A DNA stretch of 55,586 nt, filler included, from Trypethelium eluteriae (GCA_051942245.1; 3 parts of 3 records of this genome joined end to end with filler, not necessarily neighbours in it), one strand, 5' to 3'; shown: positions 13,478 through 27,604, counted from the whole stretch's first letter. Translations and numbers: made by a program. The notes: a model not told the origin generated them from the letters alone.

Positions 13478-14459
13478 ATGGCGCCCCCCCTTACATCTGT
13501 CTGCTACTTTCTCGCGTTGGTTCACTATGGCTACGCAGCTATGGGTCCGGCGTACTCTACTGGACCCGTGAGCAGTGGAAACTTCATCAGAGAAGCGACC
13601 TCTACCCTTGTCGTTCCTCAAGCGCCAAATCCCATCATTGGCAACACGGTTCTTTGGACCGGGATGGGGACCAGCGCCGGCGATCTGATCCAAGCGATCA
13701 CAAATAACTACCCCGCGGACACCCTGTAAGTTGAGACGATATGAAGATGGTGAGAGTTTCTAAAGATATCAAGCGGCGCGGTCTGCAGTCATCTCGGAGG
13801 GAATTGGTGTGTGGCTGCAACCACTCTTCACAAAACCTCATGTAGGTTATGCAAAGAACCCTAACATCCGCCGAAAGTAACCTCGCACTCGTAGCTTCAA
13901 CACAGCAGGAAATTGCAGGACCTGACTCGACGACAACACCAAGCTCGCAGGTGACCATGCGCTGTATGTATCGAACTGTGAGACGTTAGATGACGAGTAC
14001 AATGACTGACAAGCGTAGATGTCTATGATGATGCCAGTGGGAATTATACCCAGACGGCCGCCGTGAACGGTGTGGTCGTCTCGCAAATCTCAACCAGTCA
14101 GTAACCTTCACACTACATTGCGTGCATGAAGAATTCGCTAACAAAGCCTTACAACTCAAGGCTCTGGACTTGCTCAAGGCTGGGGCACCGCTCAAGAATG
14201 TACCACAAAGCCATGTGGTGTGGTTCCTGCTCATTGTATGTTCGTTTCCGTTCAAAGCCGCTGCTGAATGTTTTTTGCTAAAGTTCCCAAAGCTTGGATC
14301 AATACGACCTTAATCATGAATGTTGCTGATCCCAACTATTCACAAACCGCTTATCCTACAGGGGCTGGAGTTACAGGTCAGATTATTACAACAGATGGAG
14401 GCAAAACATGGACCGCCGCTAAGCTTGGCATTCCTTCGTGGGACTGCACTACGCTTTAA
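13478..14459 (+). CDS. Secreted beta-rich hypothetical protein (234 aa, 6 exons) with glutamic-peptidase (G1)-like motif spacing
   Basis: Exons 13478-13725, 13774-13841, 13895-13963, 14019-14096, 14161-14235, 14293-14459 total 705 nt in one open frame. Hydrophobic signal peptide; LWTGMG..DLIQA, NWCVAA, YTQTAAVNG, GWGTAQEC, TTDGGKTWT. Confidence 0.82.
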
Positions 14460-15516
14460 AATTATGACTGATCTGAGTATGGTTTACATTTTCTCTTGCA
14501 AGCGACTTACATGAAGCAATGACTACTCATTCCTCTGAGAACCATGTACTCCGATCCAACCGCCCTGTTCGTTTTTAACCCGTCGAATCAAGATAAAGAC
14601 ATCCTGTAGAGATTGAATGATCCGCATAAGGTCTTGACGTTCTCGGTCCATAGCGATACTCTGGATTGAAACCAATTATGGGGCAAGAAGTACGAACCTC
14701 CATCCAAAAGTAGCACTGAGGGGTATCCTAGCTCCTCCGCTCAGTCCATCTAGCTTTGCCAATCAGACTTCAAGATTCTGATCCAAAAAGCTGTCGATGC
14801 TTATCATATGAAGTTGCGAAATCCCAAAAGCAGAACGGTAATTCCGGTAAAACTGATGACGCTGTCCCAGTTTGAATAGAATTCTTCAACTAGGCTGGAT
14901 ATACTGGAGATATCGCCAACGTGCCAATGGCCTGTGAGAAGGTAACCAGTTTCGCCGCAGCGATTGCCGATGCCTTCCATCTCGGATTCTACGGGAGGCC
15001 TCTCTATCGAATCACGAAACATCTAAATCGAGTCTCAGAGAAGAATACAAACAGGATCACGAGTGCTTAACAGAAGGTACTCTGAGAACCTCTAAAGCTC
15101 GAGGGGTGTAGCCTAAGGCAATAAGCATCCTAAAATTTTAAGCGGACCTGCCGTCACTATCGCCACACTGTGAATATTGGCGAAGTAATACAATACGGCC
15201 CGTTGGACCATAGAAGCGACCTTCTTAAAGGCGCAATGCTATGTCACAACTCCTAACAGACCTTACTAAGGTGATGATCGTGCTTCGGTTCGAAGTCGTG
15301 AGGATCTTCACATTAGAGTAGCGAACCCTGCCCGTGCGGAACATTGCGCGCTCGAATCAGCTGTGCCGCACATGAACGGTATGGGAATGCTATGCTTTTA
15401 TATGATCAACTTATGCCGTTATGCTTCTAGAGGGGCGCCTTGCGTGCATAAATTACCAAGTATTAATACAGGCTGTGGCCGCATTTCTTACTTCAGTCGC
15501 CTCGCAATCTTTCACA

Positions 15517-16956
15517 ATGTCCAGAAGTACCTATTTCTTTAGGGAAGGTGCTAATATTTCACAATTAATAGACGATCTCAAAAAAGTTCGCGATGGTATT
15601 TCAAGCGAGGAAGAACGTAAGAAAGCAGTACACAATGCAAAGATGCTTGTCGTGGCCTTGGAGAAGCCCGAAGAGGTGGTTATGCACTACATATATGAGG
15701 TACTCTTCCTCACGCCCGCATGAACGAAGCTCATTAAAGAAAACCGTAGCTTGGCTCTCAGCGCATGGCAATTCGAGTAGCCATTGATCTTGGTATCTTC
15801 AAAATTCTGACGTCGAGAAACGGTAACCCGATATCGTCCAAGGAATTGGCAGCGCAAACGCAAGCCGAAGTCCTACTTGTCGGTATGGCTTGAATAAATT
15901 TCCTGCTAGCCAGAAATCGAAAGAAGTAATCATCTTTCCTAGTTCGGATTATGCGCGTGCTTGTAGCCATCCAATTTGCCGGAGAAGACGGCAAGGAGAC
16001 CTACGTTGCGACTCCGCTGACAAGAGCAATTGCAAAGCCGGCCTCAGAAGCTGGTCTCAGGAGCTGGTATGTATAACTGGCCTTATAATTCCCTCTTGAC
16101 ATCCATTTCCTGCTCATCGAGACTTTCTCCAAGCCATGATGGATCAAGTCTTGTACAGATGCGAATGCATGACTACTTCCGCGGGCACGGTTATACCTGC
16201 CCCACAAATGAGGCCGATTGTGCCTTCCAGTGGATTTTTGGGACCCAGGAGCGATATTTCGAGTACATACATCGACATCCGCAGAAAGTGAAAGACTTTA
16301 ACACGTTCATGGGCGGAATTCGTGAAACGCGGAAACATTGGACAGACTGGTACCCCGTAGAAGAGCAGCTTCTAGATGGCTTTCCCGGCGGAGAGGAAAT
16401 ATTGCTCGTTGACGTAGGCGGAGGGAATGGTCATGATCTTGAAAAATTCATGGCGAAGTATCCGGAATCCAAGGGACACTTGATGCTTCAGGACCTTCCA
16501 GTAGTGATCGAGGGTATCGCCCATTTGAGTGAGGGAATCCAGAGTATGCCTCATGACATTTTTCAGCATCAAGCAATTAAGGGTAAGCTGGCTGAGCTAG
16601 TCCTTCCCTATGAAAGCTATTGACAGTCGACGTTCACAGGAGCTCGTGCGTACTTTTTACATTTCGTCCTGCATGATTGGCCGGACGATCGCTGCCGCGA
16701 AATACTTCAGAACCTTAAGTCGGCAATGAAGCTCGGTCATTCTAAGATATTGATAGGTGAGACTATTTTGCCTGATACGAACTGCTCTACTTTCGCTGCT
16801 GCTTTGGATTGCAACATGATGGCAATTCTGGCGGGCATGGAGCGATCGAGATCCCATTGGTTCGAGCTAGTTGAGTCTGTTGGCCTGAAGGTGGCGAGCA
16901 TTCAGGTGTCTCCCTTCTTTGACGATCTGGAAGGAGTTATCGAGGTGGTCCTGTAG
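15517..16956 (+). CDS. SAM-dependent O-methyltransferase (Methyltransf_2, secondary-metabolite type)
   Basis: Exons 15517-15699, 15750-15882, 15943-16066, 16134-16582, 16640-16956 (401 aa). Dimerisation motif IRVAIDLGIF, SAM motif LLVDVGGGNGHD, LQDLP, GARAYFLHFVLHDWPD and GMERS. Confidence 0.9.
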
Positions 16957-17412
16957 AAAATTTGGTGTCTGACCACATTCTGAACAAGACGATTGATCTT
17001 TAATTCATTCGCTGCCGTGTTTGTGGGTAAGGGTTTGAGATCGAGAGCGTGCCGAAGACGATATGCTGTCTCTTTGGAACAAGGATATTTGCTAGTATTA
17101 GTTCTTTAAAGTATATGTACTACCTTTCAGATCTGAAGAGTTATTATACAGATAGCCTCAAGTCTAAGCAGGATTATATTTAGTGGGTGGATGGAAACGG
17201 TGGAAAGCCTATCTTATGTGATCGGACACCCTAATTAGGGGCTGACTTAAAGGCTCCGCGGAACCTTTCCGTTTCCGGGTTTATGCCACTTCCGACGTCA
17301 TTCATTGGCCGAGGATCATCAACCTTTCACCCTTTCGTGCTTTGGTGCCTTAACATTCCTAGATCGATCAATTACCTGCGATTGCGTTTCTTCTCCCCTT
17401 CATGGCTTGATT

Positions 17413-18474
17413 ATGGCGACTTCTTCTTACATTGAAAAGCTCCCTGCCGAGATCATCCTTCAAATTGCCTCATGTATGCTCTACCACATCAGCTAGAAAT
17501 TGAACATCGCGAGATGCGCTGACATATTCAAACAGTTCTAGAACCCTTCGATATTGTTCGCTGTCAATCTGTCTCTCGTCGCTTTTGGACTCTCACGCGC
17601 GATAACAATCTGTGGAAGACAATATGCTTCGAAGACTCGCGCGCCGGAGCTCTACGACGGCGGCAAGAGCTTGTATCCTCGCTGGACGAACGATTAGCTA
17701 TGCTCCGGCAAGCCGTAAACTCCATATCAGGCGAAAGTGGAACTGTACATGATGGAGGTGCGCCCAATGCAGAGATGTCTGCTCATGGGATACGAGCAAG
17801 AGAAAGAATGAGGGCATTAGCCAATTGGGATCCAAGTTATCCGAATGAGAAAATCGATTTCTATCAGGAATACATTCATCGCCATGCACCAATCACGATG
17901 AACTGGCTTCAGACAGTGAGCGACATTACAGGTGGTGGCAATGAGCCTCGAGAAGCTACTGGAATAGGGCTCCTGAGAGAAGATGGGGAATATGGTGCCG
18001 AAAAGGCTGTCGCTCCTCTGGATGACGGTAGTATTTGTATCTTCGATATTAGCCCTTGGTCAGGACATGGGCCCAAATCGCAAGGCCGGATGACCGGCAG
18101 GAGTGATTCCGGTCTGTTGACGAGCCCACCTACAAACCTTGACAAGGACTCTGCAAGAGAGCATAGCAAGACCATGATGACCGAAACTGGCGCTGTGGAA
18201 TGCGTGAGCATTGACAGCATCCAACGGAAAGGATTTTTCGCAGTGCAGAACGCCCTGAACGAGGTCGATCTCAATACGATGCAGGTCGTATCGCGCAACC
18301 GCTTTCCGTTCCCAATCACGGCGCTTTCCGAAGCCAGGCCCTCTATTCCACTGACCGTGGGCACCAACATGACCTTGCATCTCCATGATCCACGTCAGCC
18401 GCCTACATTACCCATTTCATCCTCTTTCTCGTCTGGATCTTCCACCCGTTGCGAACTCATCGCCGGCAGCTCTC
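17413..18474 (+). CDS. F-box domain protein, 3'-truncated by an assembly gap
   Basis: Exon 17413-17473, intron 17474-17535, exon 17536 to the gap. F-box LPAEIILQIASFLEPFDIVRCQSVSRRFW..DNNLWK; downstream APLDDGSICIFD and VDL..TLHLHDPR suggest a beta-propeller. Confidence 0.85.
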
Positions 18475-18574
18475 NNNNNNNNNNNNNNNNNNNNNNNNNN
18501 NNNNNNNNNNNNNNNNNNTTAATTAATTAANNNNNNNNNNNNNNNNNNNNNNNNNNNNNNNNNNNNNNNNNNNN
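18475..18574. other. Artificial assembly gap/linker
   Basis: Exactly N44-TTAATTAATTAA-N44 (100 bp). The core puts stop codons in all six frames and is identical to the linker at 37036. Confidence 0.97.
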
Positions 18575-19722
18575 GAGGGAGAGAGTGGAGGGGTGAGGGT
18601 TGGGGCGAGAGTAATGATGCTGGCTTCTTTTTGGCTTTGGTAGAGATGCTGCGTCGGAGATGGCAGGTGGTAATCCGGCTTTCAGAGGAGGGTCCTGTTG
18701 TGGGCGGATGGGCAACAAACGGCATGACAGTTGCGTGAGACTGACCTTATGTGGCGAAACACATTCATGCTCCTTAGTTTGGAGAGAATGGCTTCGTCTA
18801 ACGTTTTGGATAATATTACCCCAACAATCACCAGAATATAAGCAAGAGTCTGTTCAGTTGAATTGTTCCAGTACTGATGTCTCTCACTTATCGATTGTTT
18901 CATAGGGCTCGTAAGTGATTGAAGCGTGGGCATCGTGCCCACATAAATCATCGCATTTGCAGCGATCACTTTCAGCCGGCGGAGGTGTCGCAATGGTGGG
19001 CTACCTCTTTCAGAGTTTCCATCGAAAAGCCTTCTCAGTCTTATTACATCATTTGGAACGCTGTGGAGGGCAGTGGTCTGTCATATTTGAACCGTATCTA
19101 ATGAAGGAGTAACACTGCCACAGGCGCACAAACAACAACAATCCATATGGGAGAAAAAGTAAGAGAGAAAAAAGAAAAGGAGAGAATCAATCCGAGGAAT
19201 GGCTTCACGCACAGTTTTCTGCTTCGCCTGATTTTTGAAGGACCCACACCCAGTCTGTATCTCGACATGCCGCCAGGAGCCAATGTAAAGCGTTCGCGTA
19301 TCAGTCTCGGGTCCCGTAAACCATCGCCACCCGAGGACAAGCCACAACAGCAAATGTCATCATACAGTATGGAAAAAGGCCCCATCTAACCATGCTATTT
19401 CCTGCCCCCCTCCTTGCCTATCATCCGCCAATTCGCCAAGTATGTGAGTCTTCGAGAGTTGTCGGTAAAAAGACGGCCGCCGTGCGCATAACATTGATGT
19501 TCGATGAGCAAAACAACAGAGGGTAATTGACATTCGACCGAGTCGATTGTTGTAGAGGTTCCGGGAAGAACACAAGCGGAACGATGTCGATTGGATTCGG
19601 AAGCCAAAACCAGTCAACATGCGCGAGCAAGGGGGGACAGCTCTCGAGACGAAGGGGGGGAAATCTATCTGGATCGGCCGAACCTGCTGCACAAGGGATA
19701 AACGTTGGCATCTGTCTTCACT

Positions 19723-20997
<1,275 letters not shown>

Positions 20998-21105
20998 TTC
21001 CGGCGTCCACTTATTCTTGTTGGGTTTTTTGCAGTTTTAGAGGCGGCTTCTCGCCAAAAAGGCCCAAAGGGCGGGCGGCGGATTGGATGAAGACCGTGGA
21101 GGGTA

Positions 21106-21177
21106 CTGTATAGAAATAGTTAGCTGCGGCGTAAGGCGTGAAGGATTAAGACCGGTGCCTTCCTGATGAATACGTAC
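21106..21177 (-). other. Putative 5'-UTR intron of the PP1 gene
   Basis: Minus strand GTACGT donor (21177), GCTAAC branch site (~21124-21119) and ATACAG acceptor (21106), 108 nt upstream of the ATG. Confidence 0.6.
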
Positions 21178-22650
21178 CAAGTCAAACCGTGAGGCTGAAA
21201 GTAATTCGAATTGATTTCCCTGTATTTCCGCCCAGCCCTTATTGTGGTACTGTTGCGTGGCCCCCTAACGTAGAAACGAATTGCAGGGAGGAAAACCCCT
21301 CAAGACGCAGAGGCACAAGTGGATCACGCGACTCAGACTAGGGCGTAGATGATATTGGAAGAAATGTGTACAGTTGACCGAAATGTAGCCAGCAAGAATA
21401 GGCTGCTTGGTGAGCGGCGGTAGTTGTGGATCGAGGGGTTGTGGTAATGTTGATGTACGTGGTCAGGACGTTCGAGACGGCGTGGGAAAGCTCTGTTCGC
21501 CCCCGAGGCAAGCACAGGGGAGGCTTAAGAGGCTGAAGGAAGTCTTGGAGTACAGCAGACGGGATTTGAGGGCAAGAGAAGCAGAATTCTGGAGATTCGG
21601 TTGAGGGCCAGACGAGATCGACGCAGGCTGATGGGTCGAGGTGGTGCCGGCGAAGATTTGTTTCAGCGTGAACGACAGCGACCAGGCCCGCCCGTTGGTT
21701 CAGGCCCGATTCGGAAGCGCGCGATTGAGTGTCCTGCAGCAGGAATGCGCGTCGTCAACTCTACCCAATAACACCTCTACCCACCGATTACTGTTGATGA
21801 AGCCTGGTCCACAAATGCTGAAATGGTGTCATAGATCGGTGAAGACAGCATCAGCTTCCCCAGGCCTTGGTCAATGACTGCCCTCGATGCGGTGTCCTAA
21901 TTGATGAAAAGGGTTGTTCCTCCCCAAGAAGAAAACGATTATTCTACAAATCGTACCAAGCTCTGAAATGCCATCAAAAAACCTTTATGATCCGAATGCT
22001 GTGCTTGCCTTTTCGAAGAATGAGCAGGTCCCACCAGCCGTAGACGCGAGGCTCAAGGCAAAAACGACACCACGTGGCAGGCATGAGTTTTTGGACGCGT
22101 CTCGTGCTCGCCTCGTGCCTTGTGAACTCCGGAGATCTCAGCTAAAATGTCTCTTGCATCGTTACACAGCCTGGACTACTAGTATGGGCCGCATTTGTAA
22201 ATTTCAGCTTTGATAGTCTGAGGGAAAGCCAATGCGCAGATGCTCAGCTGTTCTTTTAGCTACATAACCTTCATGATTAGAATGAGATATGACAAGAAGT
22301 CCGGTGTATGAAATACTCAAAAAATGAAAATCAACGCCAGATATATGCACACATCACCCGCCGCCAGCCGCTAGCCGTCTAGTTAGTATAACTTGATATC
22401 AAGAGGGAAAAAAGCCGCCAAAATAAAAAAAAGGGGTATTTTCAGAAGTGTACTGGAAAGAACAAAAATTTTTGTACAGAGAAAAGAAAATCAAACCAAG
22501 CACCCCGCAAGCTATGCATACATGAATGTCATACGTAAAGGTTCTCAGCAACAAGACCCTCCAACACCAGCCCAATTCCTGTCTGGCAGGCAGGGAATCG
22601 GGTACACTTTTCCTTCATTCGCACAGATTCGAAGGGCTCTCACAGCAATT

Positions 22651-25005
22651 TCAAGTTCTGGTTCCAGATGTTATCCCTTGGCTCATACTCCTGCCCTCTT
22701 GGTGGGGCTTGTATGCTGGCGGACTAACGTCCTTTTCCGGGAACTGACCAGAAGGCTTTTGACCAGCCCAGCCATCATCGCCGAGAGCGCTAAGCCACGT
22801 GTTGCCAAGGTCATTTCGGAGAGCCTCGATTTTCCTTCGGTAAGCTTCTCCCGTCAAAGTAGAGTTCACGTATTCTTCTCTGCCAGCTTCAGTGGACCCA
22901 TTCGTCATGGGAATACTCAGCCTCGCAGTATTAGAGCCGTCGAATGATGGCAGATCCGATTGCTCTCTGTGTCCCCCTTGGTACTGCGCCATAGTGTTTT
23001 GACCGGGAGAGTTATGGACATGATCCCTGGCAATCTCGTCTAATGCACCTTCCGGGGATCCGACAGATTCAGAATGGGACCTTTGCCAGCTCTCAGTTGT
23101 GGATAGTTCGACGAGTCTCTTCTTGGGAGCTTTGCGCCGCCGCTGCGTGCCTGGACTGTACCCTTCAGTGATATTGGCGGGCTCCGTCCTCGACGAAGGA
23201 TCTTTAGCTGTAATTTTGCTGTAATCCAGAGCCTGTCTCTTTGGTTGCGGCGAGGCTGGGGACGTGTCCTCCTCTTGTGGAGGTTTTACAACTGGGATGA
23301 CTGTTCGTTCAGGAGCACGATCTACAAGTTGCTTGCGTTCTGTGTAGCTGGGTCCGGTCGTGTCAATCAAGATATCTTCGGTATAGCCAGGCATCTTCCG
23401 AAATAGATTGAAAATGGTGACCCTGAAATTGCTATGTGTCTTGGTGAATGGGTTTCTCGACACGTAGATCTCCCGGATATTTGGTAACGACGTTACGCGC
23501 GCTAGCTCGTCAGGATCGGTGATCTTATTGTCTCTCAGATCCAGTCTTTCAAGCGCAAGCAAACCTTCGATGCCAGCTATTGACGCAAGTCGATTGGCGC
23601 GTAAGTTGAGCGTGGTGATAGCAGGCAATGGGCTTCTCGTAAGAGAGTGCAAAGAACTTATCATACAATTGGAGAGATTCAGTGCCCTTAGAGATGTCAA
23701 GGATGCCAAGCTATCGGGGACCTCCCCAAAATGATTGGAGGAAAGGTCAAAGGATTGCAACGTATTGCACACGGGCCAAAGACTTAATGCGGAGAGTGTA
23801 GTCAAACCGTTATCTGCCAGACTAAGGTGCCGCAGAAATCGCCATTTACTTGCAGGGAGGGCGTTGAGTACAAGATTTGTTGAGCTTGAACGTGGGGTGG
23901 TTGCCCTGCTGGAGCCGGAGCTCCCAGATTCTCGTCTTATTTTAGAAGAACTACCAAGCGGACTATTCGCAGACCCATGTCTTGAGCTAGCTGGTCGGTG
24001 TGGGGAATGACTCTTTTGCCGTTGGCGAGCTGTCGGCTTTGTAGCATGTGAGCCTAACGAACCTGAGCGCATCAGTTGGACCCCTCTTGGGCTTCCAAGG
24101 GTAACTCGTCTATCAGGAGTCAAAGGTGACTCCGGTGAGTACGCCGATGTCGCGGAGTCTGGAGGCTTGAATGAAGGGCTTGGAGCGGGCCAAGGCAGCG
24201 TTGCTGAGGACGGAGATTTAGCTGAACGCCGTCTCCTCCGATCCATGTCATCCAAGACTATATTCGATAGAATATCTGCTGGATCGTCGACAGAGCCTCT
24301 TTTGATGGTCAAACTGCGAAGCTGTTCTGCTAGCTTATCCCAGCCAAAGAATTGACGAAAGTCCAGATCGCATATCTCAAGCGAACCTAGATTCTTGAAA
24401 GCATAGAGCGGAACCGCTGAATCGAATGGGAATTCTTCATAGCCGGCAATTAGACGAGCCTTGTTATCAGGGCCGACTCGCAGGCAAGGAATTTTTGTAA
24501 ATGCTGAGTAGAGGTATTTAAGGTCCTCTTGCAATGCTAGCTTTTGCTTCTCAAGCTTAGCATTCGAATCGGAGGAGAGCCCTAGGTTAGACCAGAGAGC
24601 GGACATGCCAGACATAACACTGCGGATACTGGAGATTGAATGTATGGAATCTCGATCTGAAGTCCCCTTCGACTTGTGTACCGAACCTAAGAACGAGACG
24701 TAATTTGCGGGTCCAAGGTCTGCATGGATGTTTTCCAATCTCACGTTCATTGGTCCAACCGAAATGTTCATCTCTTCGAATCGAGAGAGCAGGTAGTACA
24801 GATGATGTGGCGTGAGAGTCATCTTCGCTGGCTTAACGTGCTGAGAGGAGAAACCGAAGGCAGCAAGGCTGCTGGATCCCGATAAGGACGATGCATGCTT
24901 GGAGGGTTGTTTTTGAAGATGCAGTGCATTTGCCAAGGCTTTTTCATGGGTGCGAACAAAGTATGCGAGGTTCTTCACGAAAGCTTGTCCATCCTCTGTA
25001 TTCAT
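22651..25005 (-). CDS. Conserved fungal leucine-rich repeat protein (784 aa, single exon)
   Basis: LRR units LRHLSLADNGL, LQSFDLSSNHF, LRALNLSNCMI, ITTLNLRANRL, LERLDLRDNKI and an NPF cap. N-terminal FVRTHEKALANA and LTPHHLYYLL blocks. Confidence 0.9.
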   Translation of the reverse strand: MNTEDGQAFVKNLAYFVRTHEKALANALHLQKQPSKHASSLSGSSSLAAFGFSSQHVKPAKMTLTPHHLYYLLSRFEEMNISVGPMNVRLENIHADLGPANYVSFLGSVHKSKGTSDRDSIHSISSIRSVMSGMSALWSNLGLSSDSNAKLEKQKLALQEDLKYLYSAFTKIPCLRVGPDNKARLIAGYEEFPFDSAVPLYAFKNLGSLEICDLDFRQFFGWDKLAEQLRSLTIKRGSVDDPADILSNIVLDDMDRRRRRSAKSPSSATLPWPAPSPSFKPPDSATSAYSPESPLTPDRRVTLGSPRGVQLMRSGSLGSHATKPTARQRQKSHSPHRPASSRHGSANSPLGSSSKIRRESGSSGSSRATTPRSSSTNLVLNALPASKWRFLRHLSLADNGLTTLSALSLWPVCNTLQSFDLSSNHFGEVPDSLASLTSLRALNLSNCMISSLHSLTRSPLPAITTLNLRANRLASIAGIEGLLALERLDLRDNKITDPDELARVTSLPNIREIYVSRNPFTKTHSNFRVTIFNLFRKMPGYTEDILIDTTGPSYTERKQLVDRAPERTVIPVVKPPQEEDTSPASPQPKRQALDYSKITAKDPSSRTEPANITEGYSPGTQRRRKAPKKRLVELSTTESWQRSHSESVGSPEGALDEIARDHVHNSPGQNTMAQYQGGHREQSDLPSFDGSNTARLSIPMTNGSTEAGREEYVNSTLTGEAYRRKIEALRNDLGNTWLSALGDDGWAGQKPSGQFPEKDVSPPAYKPHQEGRSMSQGITSGTRT

Positions 25006-27604
25006 ATTTTCACTGTCTCCTGTTGTAATGCATCTGCCACTATTGTTGTGCCGCTTTGAATCGTCTAGATACCGAAAAGCAGGTGAGGATAGTGATGAAA
25101 ACCCTTGATCGAAAGGCTTATCCTGTGAAAGAGCAGACTTTGGGGTCAGAAGAGTTTTTCACGGTCACTTCGAGTAATGCTCACCAAAAATATAGAATCA
25201 ACATGAACCAGAGTATCAACAAAAGAGGAAGGCGTCACGCGCGAAAATTAGAAAATTCCCAAACGATACAAGGCCGCCCGCGTAGTCACTGTTGAAGTGC
25301 TGGAGGTGGTTGGAAGGTGAAAAGCAATGAGGCCAGAATTTCTGCAGAGGGTGAATTTGACGGGGTCCACTCGTGGTAAGTGGTAGCGTCTCGACGGGAA
25401 GACTTCACAGGGTCATCTGCAGGTTGCGCACTCGTGCAGGCAGCTGGATAACCTAGCGGTCACTCTAGCGCTATGCGGGATTGGGCGTTTGAGACGTTTA
25501 TGTAGGGATCCAAATGACGACTGTGTGAGAGGACTTCTTGTGCGAGCTGAGTGAAGACGCCGTTCCGGTGTTCCGCTCTGTCAAGTTCGATAGCCCGCAA
25601 ACGTGTTTACACGATGAGGCCAGAGGTGGGATGGCAACCGCCTAGCGCTGGCGGAGTGAGTGCACGGAGGCGGTTGGAGGGGTTTACCATCTACGAAGGA
25701 CTATCCTCCATCGTCCAGGGCTGGGCGGTAGTTTAGCTTTCTTGGCGTCCAGGGTCCTCATTTTGAATGCAGCTCTTAGGCCCTCTCCTGCTATTCCTGC
25801 TAGCCTCGACGGCGCACCCCTTGCACCCTCGTATGCGGACAATCAAGTTAACCTCTGTCGACTGCTGCCAATAGGCGGGACGGCTTGCCCATTTGGTCTC
25901 TTGTGCGCTTACCTTGGCCAATCATCTGCCCACCGTGGCCATCCAACCGACCACACGCCAAAACTTCAGAGATTGGTTCTCATCTTACAACGCGCACCAC
26001 CTATCAGCGCCTTTTGTTAGCGTACCACCACTCCTGCCCTGATGACCGACATTCTGCATTTGTTGCGGAAGTGCTAGCTCATGACTGCTGTGACAGTCTC
26101 GAGGCATGCCTCTTTGGCGTAGATCGCTGAGGTCAGAAGCGGTCAGGTGGGCAACACTGCCAGGGCAAACTCCCATGACGAGCTTCCGAGCATCCTAGAG
26201 GGGCTTGTCACAGGTACATACAGCTCTCTTGTCGCACCGCCTTTGGAGATCTTCATCTTGCCCGTACGGAGTCTATGACTAGCCTGAAACTGCGTCGAGG
26301 CGGAGAGCTCAAGACGCGTACCCTTCGTCTCAGGCCAAGTCTTCCCGCCAAAACTGTATTATAGAGACGCGCAATGAACTTTGAGCCTGAGACTTCTTGG
26401 ACGTGAACTCTTGATTCAATTCGTCTTGGCAATCACATGGGAAGGAGTCAGACCAAGAGCTCCTGCATCTGACCAATACCCTCCATCGCCTCCATCCCGC
26501 ACTATGGGGTGCTCATTATGCACTATCCCACCATGCAGCCACGCTTACATCTGTATGATGTGCGCGATGATGCATAACCCAACAGCTTACCTGTAGCTCG
26601 ATTTTTGCAACAAGACTCAGTCGCATCTTGCAGCGGCTACCGCGCTCACCAACCACTGAAAGCAGTGCACTCACGACAGGGCCTTCGTTCGTGGCCTCTG
26701 ACAGCGAATCACCACGCTATAGCACCCGAAGTATCTTGAAGATGCTGCAACACAGAAACGGGATTGCGTCAAGCTCACGACAGTACTGCTGCGGGTTCCC
26801 ACACAGCGTGGACTCGGTCTTGACTCCGGGCTGTGAAAGAGACAGGCTCATCCGCAATTTACCTGCAACTAGGTAATCTCATCAAAACCCTATCCATCTT
26901 CTGCATGACCGCGTTTGCTATACTGTTAATATCGACTACAATTACGGTTGTCGAGCATGCAATTCCTTGACAAAGTAACCCCTGAAGACGAATGGTCCAG
27001 AATAATCGTGAGATCTGCTCCTCAAGCACACCGCCTATGATTGCACCTCAGCATTCTGCTTCCAATTGCGAAATATCCTCAGCCGCTCCTTTCACGGAGT
27101 GGCAAGATAGACTGGAGGTCAGCAAATTCGCCAGTGGCTTGGCTCGAAGGCTCGCGTTCGCGGCCGCTTGGCGCTGTCGCTCACGCGGAGAAAATTACCA
27201 AGGGGTGGATGGGTGGGTGGGGTGGTGAGAGAGATAGCGAGAGAGAGCGAGGAAACCGCCCACCAGAAGCGTAAAATACCCCACCTTCCCGAATGGCGAA
27301 GAGATGCCAACATGCAGCTGGGAGAGGTGGGGAAAGAGGTGCAGAAGCGAAAGGCAGGGACGTGGGAGGATTTGTGAACTACGGACTACTAGCGCTTCAG
27401 GGTCGGGGCGGTGAAGACCGAGCCGAAGAGTCGGCCAAGGGTCCGGGAGCCGCTTTGCATGGGCCACTATCGCGAGAATTTGAAACGAAAGGATTAGATA
27501 AGCGTCCCGGTGGTTTCATTTGCTCTGATATCAATAATTTCTCGTAGGAACTTTCGTAGGAACAGGTCGCCTCAGAGCAAAGCTCTAGATATCCCAGTAG
27601 TGCT

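Noticed and set aside
15517..16956. Secondary-metabolite biosynthetic gene cluster
   Set aside because: No PKS, NRPS, terpene synthase, cluster transporter or Zn2Cys6 regulator in the window.
18519..18530. TTAATTAATTAA palindrome as a biological motif or piggyBac TTAA site (also 37080-37091)
   Set aside because: It is centred in exactly 44 N on each side, twice; this is an assembly linker.
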